Origin: Bacillota bacterium
GTDB taxonomy: Bacteria; Bacillota; Ch66; Ch109
DNA length: 64,000 nt
Direction of reading: 5' to 3'
Assembly (NCBI GenBank): GCA_050952625.1
Contig: JBMNLH010000004.1
Span: 96,001-160,000, forward strand
Shown: one piece after another, positions 1-9,790 of the stretch
How the letters are laid out: each line of letters opens with the position of its first letter
Numbering within the stretch: the stretch's first letter is position 1
Position numbers and translations under genes: made by a program
The notes under the pieces: generated by a model
Database searches by the model: none
What the model was told of the DNA's origin: nothing
What the model saw: only the letters and a program-made list of their open reading frames with translations

Positions 1-108
1 TGCTCGTGTTGTTACTCGGTTATCATTCTCTGTTTATACCACCTGAGCGGAATGAGGGTCTACTCGGCGTCCAGCAGCCTTAAACGCCTCACTTTCCCTC
101 CTAACCCC

Positions 109-1227
109 TCAAAACTCCCCGGCTGGCGCGGGTCGTCCGATTTTTTCGCCGCGCATTCTTTTCTTAAGGTTGATCAATTGACGGACCCCTCGGTAATAAA
201 GGGGTTCTGCCCAATTCCAAGCCCAGTAAAGCAGGGGTGAATAGGGCAGGTCAAATTCACCAATAAATTCAGTGTAAACCCCATTAAATCCCTTTTTGAA
301 ACGAACTAGTCCATACAGGGGATGATCTTCGCCCACATCCCCGGGGACTCCCCGAAAATCATACAGCGTACCGCCTTGTTCTTTGGCCCACTCGATCATT
401 CTCCACTGTAATAGATAGTTAGGCATAACGTTACGGTGCTGATTACTAGAAGCCCCGTAGATATACCAGATCTTATCCCCAAAGATAAACGCTAGGGTAC
501 CGGCGATCACTTGGCCTTGATATTCTGCCAGAAACAGTTTGCCCAGACCGCGCTCGACCAGATGGGTCCAGATTTCCTCGAAATAGGAGTAGGCCCGGAT
601 CAAAAAACGATCGCGCCGGGCTGTTTCCAAAAGGACTTGATAAAAAATCTTCAAGTCGTCTCGGTTACAGTCCTCTTTGACCATCACGCCTCGCTTCTGG
701 GCTAACCGGACATTGTAGCGGGTTTTGCCCGCCAGGTTGGCAAAAAGCTGTTCCAGAGGCGGCGTAATATCCAGCCGAAAGACAAAACGAGGTTGAACAC
801 CCTCAAAACCTTCGCTGGTCCGGGCTGGCCGGAAACCACGGGATAACAAGTGCTGCTTGAATTTTTCATCGGTCGCGGGGACATCTGGATCTATTTTTAA
901 AAAAATTGCTCGATGCCGGCGGGCGGTTTGCCGGACCACATGCCATAAAAAATCCAGGTGAGTCTGGTTATTCAGGTCCGCCACCGGTCCCCGCGGGGCG
1001 TAAAAGATGCAGTAGATTGAACCGGGCAGCTTTCGTTTCAGCAGGGAGATGGCCGCTACTGCTGTTCCATTCTCCTCAATCAATAGCCGAATCGGTTGCC
1101 AGCCGGTAGCTTCCTTGACCTTACCCCATTCGTAGGACTGTAGGATATGCCCTTTGGGGACACTGCCCACAAACCGATTGTATTCTTCTCTCTCAGCCTC
1201 AGTAATGACGCGATATTTTAGAGACAA
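109..1227 (-). CDS. FemABX-family peptidoglycan bridge aminoacyl transferase (lipid II:amino acid ligase)
   Basis: Motifs GHILQSYEWGKVK, YAPRGP, FLKIDP, KTRYNVRLA, YIYGAS, YDFRG, FKKGF. Start reassigned to TTG at 1227 behind GAGAGG; the ORF-track extension overlaps pyrG. Confidence 0.85.
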   Translation of the reverse strand: MSLKYRVITEAEREEYNRFVGSVPKGHILQSYEWGKVKEATGWQPIRLLIEENGTAVAAISLLKRKLPGSIYCIFYAPRGPVADLNNQTHLDFLWHVVRQTARRHRAIFLKIDPDVPATDEKFKQHLLSRGFRPARTSEGFEGVQPRFVFRLDITPPLEQLFANLAGKTRYNVRLAQKRGVMVKEDCNRDDLKIFYQVLLETARRDRFLIRAYSYFEEIWTHLVERGLGKLFLAEYQGQVIAGTLAFIFGDKIWYIYGASSNQHRNVMPNYLLQWRMIEWAKEQGGTLYDFRGVPGDVGEDHPLYGLVRFKKGFNGVYTEFIGEFDLPYSPLLYWAWNWAEPLYYRGVRQLINLKKRMRGEKIGRPAPAGEF

Positions 1228-1228
1228 A

Positions 1229-2896
<1,668 letters not shown>

Positions 2897-3295
2897 CTAC
2901 CGGTCAACCGAACTGGCCTCATCATCCAGGACCTCTGGAGATTCACCCAATTCCAATCCTTCACCGCGGCGTGATAAGCGAAGACGCCGGCCTGATCCGG
3001 GGATGGTGCTGCCAGTCTTTTTGATCAACCGGATCCGACGGGGCATCTTCCCAGGGCCAACCGCGCGCAAACTCCATTTCCCCTGTCCCTGATAACTAAA
3101 CCGGGTATCCAAATTTAACCGCGTATATATAGCGGCTGCTGCCTTGGACCAATTATCCGGTCCTACCGACTTAATCCGCAATATTTCCTCGATCAGTTCT
3201 CGAAAGTAGACCGGCTGACCCCGCTGTTTCAAAATATGATAAGCTAGGTCCACTTCTGACATTTTAGCCAAGTTTATCTCCCGATCGCCTCTCAT
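2897..3295 (-). CDS. rpoE: DNA-directed RNA polymerase delta subunit (HARE-HTH)
   Basis: MSEVDLAYHILK...IYTRLNLDTRF..G.GKWSL; conserved argS-rpoE-pyrG synteny. Confidence 0.85.
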   Translation of the reverse strand: MRGDREINLAKMSEVDLAYHILKQRGQPVYFRELIEEILRIKSVGPDNWSKAAAAIYTRLNLDTRFSYQGQGKWSLRAVGPGKMPRRIRLIKKTGSTIPGSGRRLRLSRRGEGLELGESPEVLDDEASSVDR

Positions 3296-3391
3296 CCATA
3301 CCTCTCCCCTGAATATGAACTATCTCTAGAAACGCGAGCCATTTGATCAGATTTCCCTATTTTATGCTCGCCTATCTAGGACGGTGTTCCT

Positions 3392-3417
3392 ATTCTACCT
3401 GTTCCTTAGGTTTTCCT
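3392..3417 (-). promoter_or_regulatory. Possible sigmaH-type promoter upstream of rpoE
   Basis: Minus strand GCAGGA-N18-GAAT. Confidence 0.35.
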
Positions 3418-3430
3418 GCTGAGAGAAGGA

Positions 3431-3480
3431 ATTTATCTGAATCAAAAGACTCCTGCATCATTAAGTGGGGGTTAGCCTTG
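3431..3480. repeat. Partial copy of dispersed repeat family B
   Basis: atttatctgaatcaaaagac...aagtgggggtta, near-identical to 35506-35555. Confidence 0.7.
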
Positions 3481-3490
3481 TATAAGAGAA

Positions 3491-5173
3491 TCACATTCGG
3501 GTCGGGGCGGTAATTCCTAATATCCGCAGCCCATTCCGCAAGGTGGTTTGAATAGTCTGCACTAAAACCAATCGAGCGTCACGCAGTTCGCCTTCTTCGA
3601 CCAGAACCCGATAAGCATTGTAGTAACTGTGAAACAGGGCAGCTAGTTCATGGACATACCGCGCTAACCGATGGGGTTCCCGCGACTCGGCCGCCATTAT
3701 TACTTCCACGGGGAATTCGGCAACTTTAGCTAATAAATCAATTTCAGCCGGCTCCCGCAGGCGTTCGAGACAGCCGGTTTCAATAACTGGCTGCTTAATC
3801 CCGGCTTCGTTGGCCTGCCGAAAGATGCTGCAGATCCGGGCGTGGGCGTACTGGACATAGTACACGGGGTTTTCATTTGTCTGGGCTTTGGCCAGATCCA
3901 GATCAAAATCGAGATGGCTTTCCGCCGCCCGCATGACGAAGAAGTAGCGGGCCGCGTCTTTGCCAACCTCCTCAATTAGTTCTTCCAGGGTGACGTATTG
4001 CCCGGTTCGTTTGGACATGCGCACCTGTTCTCCGCCCTGATACAAGCGCACCATCTGGGCCAGAATAACCTCCAACCGTTCCGGATCGCCGCCCAGAGCA
4101 GCCAGGGCCCCCTTCATCCGAGCCACATGACCGTGGTGGTCTGCTCCCCAAATATTAATGACCCGTTCAAAACCACGGGCAAATTTATCAACATGATAAG
4201 CAATATCCGAGGCAAAATAGGTCGGCAAACCATTGCTGCGCACGACCACTTCATCTTTTTCATCCCCAAACTGGGTCGAACAAAACCATAAGGCCCCTTC
4301 TTTTTCATAGATATAACCTTGATCGCGCAATTTCTTCAAGGTTTGACTGACTTTGCCCGCTTGATGCAGCTCCTGTTCACTGAACCAGACGTCAAACTCT
4401 ACCCCGAAAGCGGCCAAAGTAGTCCGAATCGCCGTTAACTTTTCCTTTAAGGCAAAATCAACCAGGGTTTGCCGACGTTCAGCCGGGGCTGCGTTTAGGT
4501 AACGATCTCCGTATTGGCTGATAAAATTTTGCACGGTCTCAACCAGGTCTTCCCCATGGTACCCATCCTCAGGCAGGGGAACCGGCTGCCCTAAGGCCTG
4601 CGCATAACGGGCTTCCAGCGAATCGGCAAATTTCTCAATCTGGTTGCCGGCGTCATTAATATAAAACTCTCGAGTTACTCGACACCCGACCGCTGTCAGC
4701 AGATTAGCCAGGGTATCTCCCAACGCCGCCCCTCGCGCATGACCGATATGTAATAGACCAGTTGGGTTAGCACTAACAAACTCGACCTGGACTGTTTCGC
4801 CGCGACCGGCTTCGCTATAGCCATAGTTCTCGCCTAAAACCGCCACTTCCAGGGGAACCTGGTACAGCCAGTCCGGCTTTAAGAAACAGTTAATAAAACC
4901 AGGCCCGGCAATCTCTGTTTTGGCCACCCAGGTATCCTGGTCATCAAAGAATTCAATCAGAACCTCGGCTATCTTCCGGGGAGCCATCCGGGCGGGACGA
5001 GCCAGCACCATCGCCAGGTTAGTGGCCAAGTCGCCGTGGTTTTTTTCCCGGGGCACTTCGATAATAAAAGGCGGTAATTCCGCAAAAGACAGACGGCCGG
5101 CCTGTCGGGCAGCTTCGGCCGCCTCCAGCCACCTTTGCTTTATCTTCTCTCTAATATCCACGATTATACTCAT
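3491..5173 (-). CDS. argS: Arginine--tRNA ligase
   Basis: VEFVSANPTGLLHIGH, WGADHHG, RMSKRTG, NPVYYVQYAHAR; ATG at 5173 behind AGAGGAG. Confidence 0.98.
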   Translation of the reverse strand: MSIIVDIREKIKQRWLEAAEAARQAGRLSFAELPPFIIEVPREKNHGDLATNLAMVLARPARMAPRKIAEVLIEFFDDQDTWVAKTEIAGPGFINCFLKPDWLYQVPLEVAVLGENYGYSEAGRGETVQVEFVSANPTGLLHIGHARGAALGDTLANLLTAVGCRVTREFYINDAGNQIEKFADSLEARYAQALGQPVPLPEDGYHGEDLVETVQNFISQYGDRYLNAAPAERRQTLVDFALKEKLTAIRTTLAAFGVEFDVWFSEQELHQAGKVSQTLKKLRDQGYIYEKEGALWFCSTQFGDEKDEVVVRSNGLPTYFASDIAYHVDKFARGFERVINIWGADHHGHVARMKGALAALGGDPERLEVILAQMVRLYQGGEQVRMSKRTGQYVTLEELIEEVGKDAARYFFVMRAAESHLDFDLDLAKAQTNENPVYYVQYAHARICSIFRQANEAGIKQPVIETGCLERLREPAEIDLLAKVAEFPVEVIMAAESREPHRLARYVHELAALFHSYYNAYRVLVEEGELRDARLVLVQTIQTTLRNGLRILGITAPTRM

Positions 5174-5321
5174 AACACCGGCTCTCCTCTTCACAATCCG
5201 CTTGGTATTGTTTACGATCAGTAAAATCAGATTTGTGTGTTATAAGATTTGCAATATTATTCTCTTACTAACCATAAGCGTATTAATACTGCCCTATTTT
5301 CTCACAAAGCCGTTCTACCTG

Positions 5322-7463
5322 TCAAACCGAATACGCTCGGCGATTATTCAGCTCATTACTCTCCGCAACCTCATTGTGCGCATCGATGTTAACCCAACCC
5401 GATGGGAAGGAACCGCTGCAGCCGAAGGTGTAGACTTTACCGGCGGGTAAGCCGGCTAGTTTTTGCTGCCAAATCACCCCGGATTCATTTTCTACTTGAA
5501 CCGTGAACTGACCAGCTGCTTGATCTCCGAGATTAGCTACCTGAATGATCAGGTGACACTGTTCGCCTCGTTCAATCAGGCTCAGGTTTTTGATGATCAG
5601 GTCAGGTCCATGGCTCTGTTTAGGCCGGGCCGTTTCTGACGGCTCTGGAGTCACTAATTCGGCGTAGCTGCCCAGATCTTCCGGCAGTGCTCCCATTCGG
5701 GGTTCCAAAGCCCAGGTGTCAGGCAAGCTCGCCGCGGTTGGTCCAGCCTCATCGGTTTCAGGGCTTTGTGCTTTTCCCGGATCGGGCAGCGGCGTTTGCC
5801 GACCGAAGGTCGCAGGTGCCGAAGGAGTTTCGAGACTGGCCGCCCTTCCCACACCCGGCAACCCCATATTCCCAAGGTCTCCTGCCTGTCCAACGGTCAG
5901 TTCACCTGGCAAGCTTCCCAGCCTGGCCAAGAAATAATCCCGATAATCATCGGCGGTTACTTGATTGACTGCTTCGAGAACCAACCGGGTGTTGATTTCC
6001 TGGTACTGATAACGCCAAAGCAGATAGTGCCAGATCTCCTGGACCTTGGCCGGTCCTAATTCACCTTCTAATTCTTCCCAAAAAAGGGATCCGCCATAAT
6101 AAGCCAGCGCATAGTATTCTTCTCGGTCAGTGTATTCCCCCAGGGGCCTCAGAATTGGGCCTAAAGAGGCGGCCTTTTTAAGGCGGCTGCTGTTTCGTTG
6201 ATAGCCCTCTTGCCCATACTGGTCACGCAGATACCGTTCCGCCAGCCAGACGGCCAATCCCTCATCCAGCCAGGCCTCGCGATACTGGTCGCTGCCGACC
6301 AAGCCGTACCACCACTGGTGAGCCACCTCGTGGGCGACTAACGGTTCCCAGTCACGCACAGAAAACTTGCTCGTATAGTATCGACTATTGAGATAGGCTA
6401 ACATGGGGTATTCCATCCCATCAAACCCCTCCATGGGGACCTCGATAACGGAAAATTGAGGGTAAGGATATGGACAGAGGGTTCGATTGTAATACTGCAG
6501 GGTCTGCTTGGCTGCCTGCAGAGCTAATTCGCCGCCGGATTCATGCCCGGGGAGATAATAAGAATAAACCGTCACTCCATTTACTGGTTCGAAAATTACC
6601 TGAAAATCAGCAGAAGTAACCAGGGCAAAATCGCGAACCTGCTGGGCTCGGAGCCGAATCCTTTTTTTCGCTGGACTAACAGCCGTTTCTGCTTCTACCC
6701 GGCCGGCGGCTGCCACCACCTGGTCTGCCGGCAGAAGGATTGTCACTTCATAGTCGCTCACTTGACTATAAGAGGGGTCGCCTAACCGACTGTAGGGATC
6801 AAGGTGCCAGCCTGCTCCATCACGCACGGCCAGAATAGGATACCAATTACTCAGCATGGTGACGCCATTAAAGTGACCGAAACGGTAAGCAGCTTGGGGA
6901 ATGGTGACGGAAAAGCTGATCTCGACAGTGGTCGATTGGCCCGTCAAAAGAGGCCGTGGCAGCCAGATTTTGAGAATGGTGTCATTGACCTCGGTTTCTA
7001 CCGACATCCCTTCAACGCGTACCTCGGATAGGTCAATTCTACCCGGACTGAAACCAGATCGGTAGGCGGCCGGCGGGGCCGGCGTAAGTTTAGAATCTTG
7101 AAAAGCATTCGGGTATAGGTGAAAGTAAAGTTCCTGATAGGGGAGGGCCTGGTCATTGCGCAGGTTTAAACGGCAAACGCCTTTTAATTGACGCTGGTCC
7201 GGATCCAACTCGACCATGATGCGGTAGAAGCGAAAAACCTCCCGGCTAGCGGGCTGGGTAATGGCTTGTTCTAAATCAGTTTGCTCCGCGACCGTCAATT
7301 CGCTACCGCCGACCGGAGCCGAATACCGGGTAAACCAAAACAAGAAGATCCCGGCCGCTAAACCCAGAATGGTTAAGAGCAGCCAGGCTCCAATACGCAC
7401 TTTTTTCGATATTTTAGCATTATACATCTTCTTCAGCATCCTTTTAGCGACAAGCCTTCTCAA
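5322..7463 (-). CDS. Membrane-anchored M1-family zinc aminopeptidase with Pro/Ala linker and C-terminal CARDB-like Ig domain
   Basis: GMEYP, HEVAHQWW, WLDEGLA; N-terminal TM helix; C-terminal PDL...ID..NEVAESNELNN. Confidence 0.85.
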   Translation of the reverse strand: MRRLVAKRMLKKMYNAKISKKVRIGAWLLLTILGLAAGIFLFWFTRYSAPVGGSELTVAEQTDLEQAITQPASREVFRFYRIMVELDPDQRQLKGVCRLNLRNDQALPYQELYFHLYPNAFQDSKLTPAPPAAYRSGFSPGRIDLSEVRVEGMSVETEVNDTILKIWLPRPLLTGQSTTVEISFSVTIPQAAYRFGHFNGVTMLSNWYPILAVRDGAGWHLDPYSRLGDPSYSQVSDYEVTILLPADQVVAAAGRVEAETAVSPAKKRIRLRAQQVRDFALVTSADFQVIFEPVNGVTVYSYYLPGHESGGELALQAAKQTLQYYNRTLCPYPYPQFSVIEVPMEGFDGMEYPMLAYLNSRYYTSKFSVRDWEPLVAHEVAHQWWYGLVGSDQYREAWLDEGLAVWLAERYLRDQYGQEGYQRNSSRLKKAASLGPILRPLGEYTDREEYYALAYYGGSLFWEELEGELGPAKVQEIWHYLLWRYQYQEINTRLVLEAVNQVTADDYRDYFLARLGSLPGELTVGQAGDLGNMGLPGVGRAASLETPSAPATFGRQTPLPDPGKAQSPETDEAGPTAASLPDTWALEPRMGALPEDLGSYAELVTPEPSETARPKQSHGPDLIIKNLSLIERGEQCHLIIQVANLGDQAAGQFTVQVENESGVIWQQKLAGLPAGKVYTFGCSGSFPSGWVNIDAHNEVAESNELNNRRAYSV

Positions 7464-9253
7464 TACTGGTTAATGATCTTATCCCGGTAATCATATTTCA
7501 GGTCGGTCTGCAGGTACTCCCGAAAACGGTCCAGGAGAACCGCGGCTTCGGCCCGGGTTAACGGTTCCTCGGGATGGAAATAGCCTTGCGTTCCGCTAAC
7601 TAAGCCCAGTTGACTGGCGACATAGACAGCGTCTTTAGCCCAGACGGGAATCGCGGCATCATCATGAAAGGCCACAATCCGGTAGCTGGGGTTAGGCGCC
7701 AGCCCTTCAAAACCCAGGGCTCGAACCATAATGGTAACGGCCTGAGCCCGGGTCAGCCAACCCTCCGGCAGAAAAAGGCCCTGACCTGTACCGGTAAATA
7801 ACCCCCGGCGCTCTACCTCGACAATTGCCGCTAAGTCTGGATGAGTTTGCGGAACATCCGCAAAAGGACTGGTGAGGGTTTCCGTAACCCTTGACCGCCG
7901 GGCTGACCGGGTGGTGTTCGGGTCCGCCGGCGGCTGCATCTTGGTTAATTCAACGATCGCCCGCGCAAACCCGCTGCGCGTCATGGGCAGCCCGGGGCCA
8001 AAATTGGCCTGAGTTGAACTAAAGGCCCCCACACTGATCAGGCGAGAAATCTGTTCCTCCGCCCAGTGACCGCGCAGGTCCTTCATGGTGAAGACCGGCA
8101 GCCGTTCCTGGCGCGGCACAGTAAACAGTTTCAGGTTCTCCGTCGCTTCATTGCGCCAGTGGGGGATTATGTTCCCATCACTGTCAAAGTAGGGCAGATT
8201 ATAATGGTACTGCAGGATGTTTTCCTCCTGCTCGGTCTGCAGGTACCCACCCCGGAAACTAATCGGCACCGGGTCATTCAGGATATAATTCAGGTCTTTG
8301 GTCCGGTTAAACGAAACCTGCAGCCGGGCTGTGCCATCCCAGATCGTTGGTCCGGGCGGTTCCTCGTCTTCATCACCCGGGGCAACCGCTGGAGCCTGGC
8401 GATCATAACTGAGGTAGTAATCTACCTGTCGGGTTTCCGTGGATCCCCAGTGATGATTGTAGCCTACGGCCTCCCCTTTGATATCCAGAGTAACCGTCCC
8501 TTCGCCGCGGTTAATCTCGTAGGTCTTGCGCGCATTCCAATTCCCGGAAAAATAATCGACAGCCGGCCGGTGATCAATCACCGCTGACTGGTGAAACTGG
8601 TAGCCGTCTTTGACCAGTTTATAGGTATCTCGTTGTCGGCCGGTCCCAATGGTGATTGTTTCGCTGAAGTTCTTCAGACCGGTCACCTGAAAGGTCTGTC
8701 CGTTCTGTTCCTGCTCAGTAACTTCCAGAGTCAGGCTGCGGGTAAGTTTCAGGCCGGCCGCCGGATTTTCCAGCTTGTAGGAATAAGTCTGAGTCGTAAC
8801 CTCGCCCCGACTTCGTCCGCCGCTGAACTTCAGTTCACCAGAAACGATGATCGGCTGGCCAGTGATCAGGACTACCTCCTGGTAGGTTTGCTCATTCCTG
8901 ATACCGCCCTCAAAACCGACGGGATTGGAAAGCAGCTCTGGCCAATTGCTGGTCTGCGCGGAGGCAACCGGGAGTTGAAGTTGCCCTAGGTCGAAGCCGC
9001 CTCCCCCTAAGGATGGAAAAATTGTCCATGATAAGCATAACCAAATCAGCCCCAGCCAAAAGCCTCGATTGAACCGATTAAGCCAGTTGCTGGTTTTGAC
9101 AGCGGGCGGCTGCTGCTTGACTGTCTCTGCCGATTTCCTGACTATCCCGCTTGGTTTAATAAAATAACACATTTGTTCTCCTGTTGGGTTACTATCATCA
9201 GTGGTTGTGCCCAGTAATCTTGGACGGTTAGTATCGGTTTTGTTTATCAGCAA
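7460..9253 (-). CDS. Secreted S-layer homology (SLH) domain protein, C-terminal SLH
   Basis: DLRGHWAE, FADVP, LTRAQA, LTRAEAA; TTG start with GGAGG. Confidence 0.85.
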   Translation of the reverse strand: MLINKTDTNRPRLLGTTTDDSNPTGEQMCYFIKPSGIVRKSAETVKQQPPAVKTSNWLNRFNRGFWLGLIWLCLSWTIFPSLGGGGFDLGQLQLPVASAQTSNWPELLSNPVGFEGGIRNEQTYQEVVLITGQPIIVSGELKFSGGRSRGEVTTQTYSYKLENPAAGLKLTRSLTLEVTEQEQNGQTFQVTGLKNFSETITIGTGRQRDTYKLVKDGYQFHQSAVIDHRPAVDYFSGNWNARKTYEINRGEGTVTLDIKGEAVGYNHHWGSTETRQVDYYLSYDRQAPAVAPGDEDEEPPGPTIWDGTARLQVSFNRTKDLNYILNDPVPISFRGGYLQTEQEENILQYHYNLPYFDSDGNIIPHWRNEATENLKLFTVPRQERLPVFTMKDLRGHWAEEQISRLISVGAFSSTQANFGPGLPMTRSGFARAIVELTKMQPPADPNTTRSARRSRVTETLTSPFADVPQTHPDLAAIVEVERRGLFTGTGQGLFLPEGWLTRAQAVTIMVRALGFEGLAPNPSYRIVAFHDDAAIPVWAKDAVYVASQLGLVSGTQGYFHPEEPLTRAEAAVLLDRFREYLQTDLKYDYRDKIINQY

Positions 9254-9339
9254 CTGTTTTGCACCTCCTGCACACCGGACACCGGGACACGGGCAGGCAT
9301 TAAACCCATCAGACTTTCCGTTCCTTTCTTTGTAGAATA

Positions 9340-9655
9340 ATATTCCTACTTAGAAATCCCTGCCTTCTTTGACTCATACGCTAGATGGTTGCCCATCCCT
9401 GCTAGAGGAATCTCCACCGGCGTAAATTCCCGGCGAACTTCCGGTATTTGTTACTACACTGCAAACCTTAACAGGTTTTTGGCTACGTTTATCGTTTATA
9501 TCATTATCGTCCATATCGTGCGTGTACTGTTTCACATTGCAGACACTCCCATCTGCGTACTGCTAAAGGCATTTCTTTCAAGGCGTATCCGCACTCAAAA
9601 CAGGCTTTTGAACTGGCGAATAATCTTGACGCAATGGTTAGTTTTGAGCCATACC
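9340..9655 (-). mobile_element. tnpB: IS200/IS605-family remnant: TnpB C-terminal fragment plus right end / omegaRNA-like scaffold
   Basis: YGSKLTIASRLFASSKACFECG...WECLQCETVH zinc ribbon; frameshifted INVAKNLLRFAV*; followed by ACCGGAAGTTCGCCGGGAATTTACGCCGGTGGAGA, typical of tnpB 3' ends. Confidence 0.75.
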
Positions 9656-9737
9656 CTGCAGACATACCAACGTTGCAACGAGCGACATGCGTCAAAAGGA
9701 AGCCACGTTTTGAGCCATACCCTGCGGCCATACCAAC
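9641..9737. repeat. Repeat-spacer-repeat: two 31-bp direct repeats separated by 35 bp
   Basis: GTTTTGAGCCATACCCTGCAGACATACCAAC (9641-9671) and GTTTTGAGCCATACCCTGCGGCCATACCAAC (9707-9737), 2 mismatches. Confidence 0.8.
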
Positions 9738-9786
9738 CCCTCAGCCGCAGGGACCGTCCAAGAGAACCGTCCCCGTGGCTGAGGGT
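9738..9786. repeat. Inverted repeat (ccctcagcc...ggctgaggg) enclosing a REP-like ggaccgtcc/agaaccgtcccc core
   Basis: Directly visible, immediately after the SLH gene stop. Confidence 0.55.
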
Positions 9787-9790
9787 TGCT

